From: Atractiella rhizophila
Lineage: Eukaryota
DNA length: 64,000 nt
Assembly (NCBI GenBank): GCA_021432655.1
Contig: MU271195.1
Location: 62,001 to 126,000 of the forward strand
Direction: 5' to 3'
Part shown: positions 13,870 through 26,200 of the stretch, one piece after another
How the letters are laid out: each line of letters opens with the position of its first letter
Numbering within the stretch: the first letter of the stretch is position 1
Notes under the pieces: model-generated
What the model saw: only the letters and a program-made list of their open reading frames with translations
The model's database searches: none
What the model was told of the DNA's origin: nothing
Made by a program: the position numbers and the translations under genes

Positions 13870-14908
13870 CATTGTGGCTTGTTTTCCAAGCACAACAAAC
13901 ATGTTCCATTTGGATTATGAAATCACAGATGACCATCAAGGGAGCCACTAAAGCAAGACATGCAATGTTTACAAAATCATGATGAGATATGACACAAATG
14001 TAGGGAATGTATACGGGTCACCCGTGACCCCATGAGGAAATCCGCCACGGGTAAGAGACACAATCCATATCCCTACCCCTCCGCGTACCCGCGGAGGGTT
14101 CACCCGTGCTCCCCTTGGTTGTACGGGGTTTCCCACGGGTAACCTGTGGATGCTCCTGGGTGAAAGGGGCACGGGTTAGACCCATGGATATCATAGCTGA
14201 ACCAAAGTTTTCAATGTATTTCGGACCATGTAACTCACAAATAGTTTCCGATCAATCAATGACAATCTCAGCAACACCTGCCGTCCTCTTCCGCTGCTGC
14301 CTTGCCTCCTTTTGTTCACCATCGCTGTTCTCCAGGAGGATCACAAGCTCATTCACATCCGCTAAGAGCCCATACGCATCCCAAAGCTTCAGCATCAACA
14401 AGGCACGGAATCTGGCATCCGAAAGTCGGTGACGAAGGTGAGTGACTGTGAGGCGCCCATCCGGAAAAAGCCCTCTCAACATCAGTTGAAGAGCCTTCAG
14501 AAGATTTGTCAGAGTGATCACAAAGAGCCTTGAGGAAGGGACTAACACGGAATGGCGGAAATGTCCATCGCAAGCTCCTGGAAATAGCTAGACCACCCCC
14601 GTTTTTCAGCATCATCCTGCAATCATAGCCATCCCACACAATGATTGTCTCCAAGCCCAACCTTGAGAATGGTTCTGCAACCCTGAAAAACAGTTGCCTG
14701 GTAGGCCAGACCCAGAACCTCCATCCCTCCTCTCGCCTCCACCAACTCCATTGCTGCAATTTATGCTGTGTTATTTAGAAGAGATGTGAGGAGTAATAGG
14801 GAGACTGGGGAGTGGAAATTGCTCAGAAGCTCAAAGTGATCAAGTGAGGTGAAGAAGCAAGGAGACGTATGTTGGCAGCTATAGATTGTTAGGGACAAAA
14901 CCTGAAAT

Positions 14909-17900
14909 TCATGCAATCGGAACAAGCAGCTTATTGTGCAATAGAACACCATTTTTCCCCCGGACCACATAGGCTTCTCTCACGCTCGCCAAGATACCCA
15001 AACCAACGATGGGTTCGAAAGGAGCATTCTTCCACTCCTCCACCTTCATCACCTCCGGGACAAATGGTTTTCCAGCTGGTACTTTCTCTTTAATATACTC
15101 AAGTTTGAGAAAAATTCGATCACTGGATCCGTTGCGATGGACGAAGATGAATCGCACCTTAGCAAGGGTATTCAGAGCAGAACTGTCGTGGCCATCAACT
15201 GTGCAAGTGACAATTTGGTTGATCTGTCAGGTTAGCATCTTACGCAAATCGGTGCCCATTCGCCGGATTGCGTCTCCTATCGCCCATTTGTGTTCCCTGT
15301 GAATCGGCGCCCATCACCACTGCGTCTCCCATCACCACTTGGCCCAATTGTGCCTATCCTCCTGTTATTAACTCCGCGTAATCCCACTGTCACTTCCCCT
15401 TTTAGTTCTCTTACATGTTTCATCTGCTCTCCTCTACGCTTTGTGGCAGTGTTATTCCGCTTGTATATATAGATCAGAGAGTAGTGGAGGTGACCTTAGA
15501 GTATTCTCTTAGGTTTATCTCCACTACAGGTTAGTCTTCATGTCATATCATGCTCTTAGGTTTATCTCCACTACAGACGCATCGCCCGTCGGCGACCACA
15601 CATAGTGTCAGCCCTAACATGATCTTGATGGAAATTCACCTTCAAAGGATCTGATCAAACAGTGTGACTTTTTGGAAGTAGGTAAGTCGGCCAGAATTCT
15701 GGTTGATGTCGAATAGAGAGCGGTTTACATTGTAAAATGTGGAATATGCTGTTTTGAGACTGTTGCGAATGGATTCCTTCTTCACATGAGCTGCCAATTT
15801 GTGAACATCAGTCACAAGTGCTTGTCTCCTTGCGTCTGCGACAGAAACAGGTTTCCAAAGCTGAAGATTGTAAAAGCCACTGGAATGGACCTAATCAGTC
15901 TTCAGCTGTAGCAAAGACAACACTACTGACGGCTGAGACAGTGGATCCAGCTGCAGCCCATGGTTTGATCCTGACTTTGTCCACAATATTTCCTTCCATA
16001 TCAAGGTCAACAATACGATGTCCAAAATAATACCCAGAAAACAACCTGGGGCATTCCTCCACTAGTGCATTGAAAACTTCAAAAATCCACATGGAAGAGT
16101 ACGCCCCTTCAAGCAGACATCGTAGAGCTTGCATGAGATTGTCTGTTTGAAGAAAGACAACCTCAATTTTCTTGAAATTTATAGGCGGTGTCAAGCGTTT
16201 GAAAAGTTTGTGAACAATTTCATCAAGAGCAATAGAATTATTGAGTGAAGGTTCCAGTCACTTGAGCTTGTTCTGCGAGATGTAACCCAATGTGCATATT
16301 CGGAAGATTGGAGAGTTCTCCAAAAGGTCCAAAGAGCTAGGGATCGTCAATACAGTTTCTTATAACTCATGGGGTATTAAGATGCTTCACCTTAAGCAGA
16401 CGACGTCTTCCTTCCAGAATAGCCATATTCATCTCAATGTAATCGTTATCGCCTTTAAAGCCCCGCTTAAGAACCATGAAGTTGCTTCGAGCGATTGCAA
16501 ACCAAGTATAAAGGATGATATTCAAGCATTTTGCTGGTGTATTGGCCTCTGCTCCATGAGCATCCTTCAAGACGCCAAGGGCTTGAACTTTAAGGCCTTT
16601 ATCAGGAAGTGTTTCAAGTGCTTTCTGGAGCAAGTGGCCTCCATAAATGGCAAGTCCAAAAAGCTCTTCTGGTTGTATCGCTTCAGATGAGTGATGGGGT
16701 TTGGAGATGTAGTGTAAGCATCTGGAATATCGAAGCACCCCGAATGCAACGGGTCCATGATGGCATCCTTGCCATGTTTACTAAGAAGCAAAATCAAATG
16801 TGAAATCTGAAAGACGCATTGAGATGCCAGCGCCTTCAGAGTGAGAAGGGTCAAAAGTTTGCTGAAGTCCTGGTTGCCAGACCATACCCGCCCTTGTAAA
16901 AACGCAACCCTCTTTCCGTAAACCATAAGACTTTAGTAATGCTTCAGCCTCAGGTGCCGGAAGCTCCAGTGCTTCGTTCCGAATTTCTTCCATTTTGTGT
17001 GACGTGCGGCTAAGTTCAAAACATTCAACCATCGTCATAGAGCAATCAGCATTTAGATGATGTGGCACCTTGCACACCCAGCAATTGAAGTCTGCAGCAG
17101 GGCCAGATAGCCAGCCTGGCTGTTCCCTGCAGGAAAGTCTGTTCGTGCAGACAGGTTCTTGCAAAATATTGCTATCTCCTTTCCATTTGAATCGTATACG
17201 AAAATAGGATGTTTTGATAGAGAGGTGATAGACGTGAGAAATGACTGGCTGGCATCTTCAAATGATACACCGTCAGGCACAAAACCACAGACAAATCTGT
17301 TTCGAAGTTGTTCCCGCATTGGAGCCGGAAGTCTACAAGGAATGCAATAACTCCCTCCAGACTTGCGATGAGTTGTACGGTAAGTTCCGAAATTATCGTT
17401 GAAGGTTGAAATATTGATTGTTATTTCTATGCGGTCAGGCTCTTCTTGCCGCAATCGGGCAAGCTCATGAAGATCCACTTCTCCATTCAAGATCTCCGAT
17501 TCTCCTAAAGTTGATGGTACAAATCCTGTGGAAGAAAATCCTGGTTGTGAATCCTTCAAAGGAAGGTTGCGAGCATGGATTAAAACAGTATCAAGAAGCA
17601 AAGTCTTTCCAGCGTCCCCAAAAATTTCACCGCCATCAGTGATGGTAGAGAGTTCCTCTTGTTTCCAAAGCAAGATTTCTTCGGCTATATCATAAATGGA
17701 TAACAGGGACATTATCTGTGAAATTATGAAATAGAATTCTTCTGTTGGAAGATTATTTGAAGTGTTGTATTGAGAAACAAAGTCTTTCCACATGCGAGCT
17801 GGAGTTGTTTGAGGTGGCGATAGAAGCTTGAGGACTTCAAAATATACTTCTTTATCCAAAATTGAGGAAATCGCAGCCTAACCAGCCCATCAGTCTTAAA

Positions 17901-19254
17901 GATACCTAGAGATGCGGCCATAGGCTTCAGTGCTAGCCAACAGTACCGTGGATTTCGGACGGTGATATTGGACGAGTGCTCCCGGCCATATAAATTCTAT
18001 GGTAAATTGAGCAAGCACAGAAAAAATAGGGCATGGGAGAGCATGAGCTTACGGTTGTTAGATGTATAGATGGGATAGTCTTGGCGGGCTGCAACAATGG
18101 ATTGGTACACAGCTCTCCATGCCAGAACTCAGAGTTCCCTTTGTTACCAGGAGGTGTACAACCAAGCCCAGAATAAAGATTGTTGAAAATATCTGGATTG
18201 TTGATCATTCGTTCCACAAGAAACTTTGGCACGGAATAGAATGGTGCTTCTGCTACTGATCTAACTGACCTCCCTGTTTTGGGGTCCGTAGGAGTGTCTT
18301 GCGGAGGTTCTTGATAGGCTTAATGATTTTCGGAAGATTAGCTGCATTAAATGTTGGCTGTTGAAGAATTGAAACAAGATCAGCATAAGCAGCTTCTGAC
18401 AAATGATATTTGCTGAAGAAAGTAAAAAAAGTAAGTCGATCCTTTTCAAAACTAGAAACTGGTTCCCCTTCATCTGTAAGCAAACCAGTGTTGTTATCAA
18501 TGAGTTCGGAAGGGAAATCAGGTGTGCTAAGTTCAGTGTTGGCTCTGGACGAACAGCCGTCAAGTTCAGGCTCATCCGAAAAATCTTTTTCTTCATCTTG
18601 ACCGAGCAAAAGCCCCGGTGCAGATGGATCATCAGCATCAAAGTCTGATTCAACTCCGGACAGTGCTGCTGGATCGATTAAATGATGACTGCCCTGTTGT
18701 TCATCATCTATACCGATGAGCACTGGTTCACGATCCAATGGTTTGTCTGCAAAAATAGGCTGTTGTGAAAAGTGTAGGCTGGAACTGAGATAAAATGTCT
18801 CTTTCTTTCCAGTTCCAGGATCAGATTCCAGAGGAGGTTGAGGAGAGTCTTCAATTGACATTAAGGAAAAACTAGACACGAGACTTCGTCAGAGGTCAAC
18901 AGGATCATCCTCTGCCAACACAATTGACATGGCGCTGATTGAGGTTTCATCCGAGAGAGGTGCAGGTGGTGAGTGTTGAGTGGCAACATTAGGAGATGGA
19001 TATAAATCGATTCGCTGTGAGAACTAACTCAATGTTAGAATTGAGATTCGGCTAATAGTTAAAATGTGTACAGCCGTTGCCTCATCCTCGTCATACCAAT
19101 CTCTATCTTGAGCAAAGAGAGCTGAGACTGAGTTTAAATCACCATCTTTTACAATTTTTATCTCAGAATTGTTGCTCCTGAAGCGTACAGTCTGAGTAGG
19201 TCCTGCCAAATAAAAGTCAGTAGCTCCATGAATCAAAAGAATGTACACCTTCAA
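14909..19254 (-). pseudogene. EnSpm/CMC-like transposase pseudogene
   Basis: SEFWHGEL, FNDNFGTYRTTHRKSGGSY, RNRFVCGFVP, TDFPAGN, CxxC and DPSHSE motifs. Frameshifts, and a solo LTR insertion. Confidence 0.65.
15225..15619 (+). mobile_element. solo LTR, family A (Gypsy-type), 395 bp
   Basis: TGTCAGG...CCCTAACA with 5-bp TSD TGATC. TATA-like TATATATA near 15465. Confidence 0.93.
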
Positions 19255-21071
19255 GTTGTCTAGGTGTCCTGGCTTGAAAAAGTTGATCTGATTTTCGTTT
19301 TGGCTGAATTGTAGCTGAAGAGATTGGGGTGTGGCTAGGTAGTCTATTTAGAGCAACAGAGAGGGAAGATCGAGGTTTGATGGCAACCTTTTGGCGTCCT
19401 TTGGCAAATGCTCATTGATTCCCCATGGCGCTTTCTTTCTGTTCAGAAGTACAGATGTCAACAGACAAGGATCAAACCCTATTTGTTCCTGTACTGAGAA
19501 ATCCATTGATTCATGACTTCTCTCAGCACAGTCTCAATGACCGTCTCCTTCCCAAAAATGACTCCACACTGAAACGACAACAACGACCAAATTTGTGTGA
19601 AGGAGAGGTTCCAGGATTGTCTTTAGGAGCTGGGATAGGTTGTAGCAAGGCGTGTTGTCTCATATGCACAGAGAGAAAGACATAATTTTGTTTTGAATGG
19701 GGGAAAGGAACTTTTTGTTGCAACCAGAAAATACTACTGGAAACGAAGGAATGGCTGTGGTATGGATGAAAAGGTATGTACTTACGCTTATACTTACTCG
19801 AAATTACTGAATTTGGCATAAAAGCTTTAATTCTCATTGAAATCACTTGAAACGACCAAAACAGCCACGATGAATGGACTTTCGGTTCAATCCAATAAGT
19901 GCCGCTTGGATCGAAGTAGAATAGCACAAGGTATAGATGTAAGCCATTTTACAGCTCGTTCTTGACTAAATCTGCATCGGGACAGCGTAACTCACCTTAG
20001 CAGCCCTTTCTGACGCCGCCACCTCCATCTGCGATGAGACCGTCCCTTTGCTCCCTCTTTCTCCTCAACTGTCACCCTACCTTCGACTGCCTCACGCTTT
20101 TCACTCGCTTCGATCTATGTGTAGACGAGTGGTTGATGTGTGACGAAACTCACTTGCAGAACAGTGACAAGGAGGAGTTGTAAATGGACTTGGAGGACTC
20201 AATTGGAGGGAGCAACTCATCATAAAGTGTACACAGATAAATGACATATAGATAGCAATCAATTTCAACTATTTTGACTTGAAACTACAATGGAACATGA
20301 ACAGGCAAACAGAGCGCACCAAACTGTTATACGACTGAGAAAGTCCGCTTATCTGCACTTGAAGGGAGGAGATCCGGTCCCATTACTAACGTTGGACATG
20401 GGAAGAGAGGTCAATGTCCTGAGAAATGAAGCAAACCTGTTCCGGCGGTGGTCTGGATGCATGCACAAAGCCGCAATTCGTCATTTGGTAGAAAACTGAA
20501 AGGTGGTTATAGCAATTTGGGAGCATTCGGAATGGGGATTTCAGCATGAGGCATCATTTGGGGGGGTAGTACTAGAGGTGGGAATGATGCTACAAGCACC
20601 TTCAGCATGAAGATGAGGCAAGGGGAGCGGGACTGACCTGATTTTGGCAGTGATGACGGTGGAGAGGTGCTACTTCGCAAATTTTCGGTGGAATAAAGTC
20701 ATGCGAGGTGAGGAGGGTTGAGGTGAGTGTACGAGGGGAACTGGAGGGCAATAGGGTTTTTATCGAGGGTCAGAACAGGTCAAAATTGCCGTCTCTGCAT
20801 TCATGATCAGCTCAGGAACGAGACACCAAAAAAAGGTCAGAAAAATGGAGAACTCATTCGTTTAGAACTTCCTTGACCCTTTCATACCCATCGAAGGCTC
20901 TCAATCATCCCTCGTCGACTGTCCACTGGTAGCCCACGAGAGTAATTGCAGGCACCTGAAATATTTGCCGCGTTGTGCATTTTAACTTGAAATTTTCAAG
21001 TCGCGTTCGAACTTCTCATCCACATCTACGAACTTCGAGACTTAAAGCGACTGCTCTATCCACATAATTCA

Positions 21072-23260
21072 ATGTGTTCCACACGGTCAAGATCCGCATC
21101 AAGGCCAGCTCCAGAAGCCATGACAAGACGAACGAAGAGGACCACGAAACGCCAAATCCCTGTCGATTCAGCCAACCCGATTGAGGAGGAAGAAGACTTT
21201 GAAGAGCCGGTCCGAAAAGTCACAGAAACCTATGCTCCCAGTCCCCAGACTCCACAACGCCCAATCAACTACCGTGGACGTCCTTCATCTGAGTCTCCTT
21301 CACCCGGGCTGCAGAGTACGGCAAAAACCGAATTTATCAATCTCGTTGATGGAATCACCTACCGACTATTCAAAGACATCGACTTTGGCTCTGAAGACTC
21401 GAGGAAAGCATTCGCTAGCGGCCTCCAGAAGTTCCAGGAAAAGTATGGAACCCCAGTTGAGGAGCAGTATCTAAATCAGATCAAGGGACGGCTGCACTGG
21501 CTGAATCGCGCGAAGGATGGAATCGTTGCATTTGCTGAAGGTCACATGGATGAACCTGATGCTAACTTATGCCTCCATGCATGTTGTTTTCCTTCTACGA
21601 GTGACAGCGCAGAGGACATGACGACGAAGGAGCTGGTGAGAAGAGATAAATACAATTCCCTTTGTTTCCTTTTGAAGGCCGGCAAAAACGACAAGGAGAA
21701 TAGCATAAATGCAGCTGGTGAGTTGGGTGCCTCTGATTAATGATATGCGTTGATGCCTGAAGGTATAGAGACCCTGCAATCCTTGAAAAGAAGGCCGGAG
21801 AGGGGTGAAAGGGAACAGAGTGCGCATTCTGGCCTCTTTCTACATCAAGCACTCACTGACCTCAAGCTAGCACCATTATCGAGCCGAAGAAGTAGGACTC
21901 GAAATATGAACGGAAGGTAGCAAGCTATGTCATCGCCAGCTCAGCCTCCTTCAAGAGGGTCTCCATTCGATGCAGGTTCAGCAAACCGCGAGCGCTTTTC
22001 TGCTAGAGACGAGGAAGAGGAGGAGGTCCAATCGGACGAAGATGTTCCGATGAACTCAAAGAGAGGGGAAAAAAGGCCAAATGTTGTGATGTCTGATGAC
22101 GATAAGGTAGAAGATGAGCGCAGCTCAAAGAGAACCAAAGGCATGTCAGACCGTGTTCTCCACAATCAATATCAAGCTGATATCATGGAATAGTACAAAC
22201 CCAAGCTTACACCTCTAGAGGTTCTGGCCAATCACACTATCAACAGTCGAATCCTCCGTCTGCCATGAAAAACGAGGACCTTCGAAGAGTAGGAGAACCG
22301 CAGGCGACTTCAATGAGTCTGGTATGCTATTGCCTTTCTTGGCCAACATTGGTTCAACTGAGTTCCCTAACAGAGCTTCGAATCGTTCAGAGTGGATGCC
22401 TTGCATCATATGATGCATCACTACTTGAAATACAAGGATTGGAATTACAAGGAAGTCGCTGAGATGGTCGTCTTCAAGCAGGCAAGGTATCGAAACCTGA
22501 CAATGGATGAAGTCGGCTTCGTCCTAGATGATGATTCTAACCCACCACTACGTGTAAGTCCCTCTCCACTCACGAGGCCAATGGATTGATGCTTTATCAG
22601 CTGCAACTAGAGTGCTATGTTAAGGAGAAGAGACGCGACCTTCAGCATTACGTTTTTGGAAATGCAACCAATCTAGCAAAAGTGTACTTGGAGACAGAGC
22701 ATGAGTATGAATATAGCGAAAAAGTGTGAGCTCTTACTTTGACTACTCAGTTTCAGCAGCAGGCTGATTGTGAATTCAGAACTGAGGCCAAAGAGATACT
22801 GCTGTCATCCGTAAAAGCAATCAAAGACACTTTAATGGACTATCAACCAAATGATCTTATCCAAATGATCTATGTCCATGTGCTTATGGAGGGGGCGAAT
22901 GTTGACGACCTCTACAACCTCCCAGAGTACTCAGGGGCTGTGGTGTGCTTATATCGCAGTGCTCTTCAGATCATTGCAGTGGAAACCTATTTCTGGCATG
23001 ACAAGAAGCAAAAAAAGGGCGGCTGGGTGTGTATTTGTTATTTCAGTAGTCTTGAACTTTGAACTCACCGAAAAAGCAGAAGAAGGTACCACGAGATCCT
23101 GACACTGCCGGTCAGTGATGGCCTCTATTAACAACAACAAGAATGTGCGTAAATTTGTGAATGGACTGCCTTCTCCACGACCGGTCAAGGCCAAAAGAGA
23201 CCTAAGGAAGTGGTTCAAGAGCCTGATGACGGGTCTGATGACTTTGAATCTTAGCGCGAC
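21072..23260 (+). pseudogene. accessory multi-exon ORF inside the EnSpm-like element, degenerate
   Basis: ORFs 21072-21740, 21927-22193, 22392-22589, 22739-23062 with GT-AG introns and internal stops. No domain recognised. Confidence 0.55.
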
Positions 23261-26200
23261 GCAATGGAGGGTGGACAATGGTTGCAATGAAGAGGTGGTA
23301 GTTTCGCAACGTTCATTCATCATTCCATTCTGAATCTCAGTCTTTTTATTCATGCTCCTTCATGTGAGTTTGACAGATTCATCCACGCATTTCGACATAG
23401 GCAGTCAATGTGATGTGGTTATGGGGCTACAGGCGATTCCCTCGCGCCGACAAGACAGTGAACACTGGTGTTGTTGTGGCTGCCTTCGATGGTAACGGTA
23501 GGTGGCAAGGGTGGAAGGGTTGACTAGGACACAGCAGCTGCCAAGCGGACAAACTATGTAATGATAAGTAAGAATAAACAGCAAGGTAAGGGAGGGAGTA
23601 CACACACTGCTGGGAAGAGGAATGGTGTTGGACAGAAACAGGAAAGGGGGCCATGCGAAGAAAGAGATGGAAGCCGTTCCAAGGTAAACATAGAAATTAG
23701 TCAAGGTTACAATAAAAGGATACAGAAAAATTGAGAGTGGCGTCCACTGAGCGCAACCTGGGAGCATTGTCCTTGAGCTAGCACTAGAGGAGTTGGCCAT
23801 GGATTGCCCGTCCATTGCGAACCATTGGGCATCAGAACACGCAATGGCAATGACACACTGATGTGCAACTAAAACCACCCATTATCCCTCAAGATAAATA
23901 CATATCTTTAATCACAAAGTATACTGCACCTTCTGGAAACCTCTTCAAGCTCTTCAGGTCGTTTGAAATTCTGAAGTTGTGGTTGAATCCGTCACAAAAG
24001 AGCTGGAGAGGTACAGCACAGAAGCATATACCCTTCCCACGAGCTTTCAACTACTTATAAACGACTGCCGCCACACAGATACCCAGTCCACAGTAAGTCA
24101 ATGACTCTCCTTCAACCGCTTCATGCAAGCAAATAGAAAAAAAAATACCTGATTTCTGCATTCCCTCTTACACTCCCTTGCCAGTTGACAAACTTGCGTA
24201 GTTACTGCTTCATGCCTTGGAAGAAGGCAGTCAGAGTGTAACGTCACAATCCAAACGACGACAAACTAATAAGTTGGAAATGACAAACTAGACAATTTCG
24301 CGGCTATCGTGTGTCAAACTTCTTCTGTTGCTTTAGGGATACAGGAAGTTAGTTTGAGGCGGTTTTTCCTGCTTTGGACGCGCTTTTTACTTCTAGTCAC
24401 CGAAGTCTCACGTTTGGGGGACTGTTTTTTCGACATGTTTTTTCGACCATTTTGAGTAATTCGACTTCGGTTTCGACTTCTACGGGGAGAGCAATCTTTA
24501 TGTTATGTGGGAGTGTTTTATCTTGGTTATTGAAGATGGAATTGGGCAAAAAGGTGCGTCTGTTGGTCCTAAATCAGACGGAGTGTTCGATGGATCATTG
24601 ATTTATGTCCAAGCGTCATGTTGATTCACTGCGTTGAACAATATTGTATCCCAGCAGAACTGTTCTGCTGCCAAAAACGCGTCACTCTGCACTTCGGAGC
24701 TTGGAACCAAGGTTAGGGTCAGTCTTCCTTGCTTTCTGTATTCAACTCGAAAGGTTATTGAACTGTTTATTTAAAAATGATGTACAGGTTGGTATCTCAG
24801 AAAACTCAAGGGATGCACGCCTCTTTTAGGAGAGAATGTAGATCCAGCAAATAGTAAAGGGGACTTACACGAAGCTTTTGACATTGTACGTCTCTCCTTT
24901 AGTTCTCTTGCTAGAAAACACAAACTGAAAGATAGAGAAAGGGAACAGATAAATCAGGCAATCGGAGCGGGGCCTTCTTGCCCTCCACAATAGGAGAACA
25001 TACTGAACGAAAGAGTTAAACCTGAAGTTGGCCTGACGAACTCAAAGGTTTGGTGAAAAGATTGGGTTCCGTAAAACATTGGAGGAGTATTGGTTCGTTT
25101 TCTCTCCCTTCCCTGCTTCTTTCCGATAGGTTTTTTGATGAGAACATACATGGGAATATGCAGGGAGGCAATGATCAGGCATCAGCTCTTTTCCCTTCTC
25201 ACACTTTCTCTTGACCTGTTCGTCTACACCTCCTTTTTTCTTGCGAATGAGAGGAATATCGACAATGGGATGGCTGGGAAGGAACGAGGATTGGTTTGAC
25301 GGAAACAAGACTGTCGACAATACCAAACCATTTCATGCCCCACTTCGGTTTCTCTTTCTGCTCCTTCCCTTCCGCGTCTCGCTGCGGAGCGGAATGGAGG
25401 AGCCTCAACCTTCTGGCTCTGAATTCTGTACGGCCAGTGACACACGTCAACCGTCCTTCTCAGTGCTCATTTAATCTGGATGGATCGTCTGGACGAGACG
25501 CTCACTCGACGAACTTTCTTTCATAGATCTGCTAAGCCTTTCCACTTGTACACGTTTGAAAATCTCGTTTATCAATGACTTAGGTTCACTCCACACGACG
25601 ACCTAGATCAATTTCTCAACCAATTTTGCTTGCCTCTTTCTTGTTCAATGGGTTACCTGGTCTTCCAAGAGGAAAATCGGACTTGAGACGATTACCTGAG
25701 ACTCGATCTGTAGAACGAACTAACCATGTTTGTCTTTAGGCAGCGCAATATGGAATGAGGAGTACTAGAGCAAGCGATGAAAGACGTGAGCTATCAATTG
25801 CACGACTTGAATGGGAGAGGAAGAATGAGGACAAGGGAAGATGAAGAGTGAAGGCGAAGGTGAACAAGTGGAGAGGAGTAAGAGCGAGCGATCAGCGATC
25901 AGCGATGAAGAGGATCAGGGGATGGGAATGGGAAGAATGAAGCTGGATGGCGAAGGAGGGGAAGGGATGGAGCTCGAATGTTGTGGTACCTTATAATGTA
26001 TGCAATAGTATGAAGGTTGCACAACGAGTTGCATGTGAAGAACTATGGGAATCTACTTGGAAGAAGGTGCTGCAATTAGACTGTACCGCTTAACAGACAC
26101 CAGACCGCTCGCTATACAATCATGAAACAATGCCTCCGCAACACTTCCAAAACGATCACCACACCAGCCACAAATCAATCCAAAACAGTTCTCCAATACC

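Noticed and set aside
15500..15580. CRISPR-like repeat-spacer-repeat
   Set aside because: Only two units, inside eukaryotic LTRs, with no cas genes.
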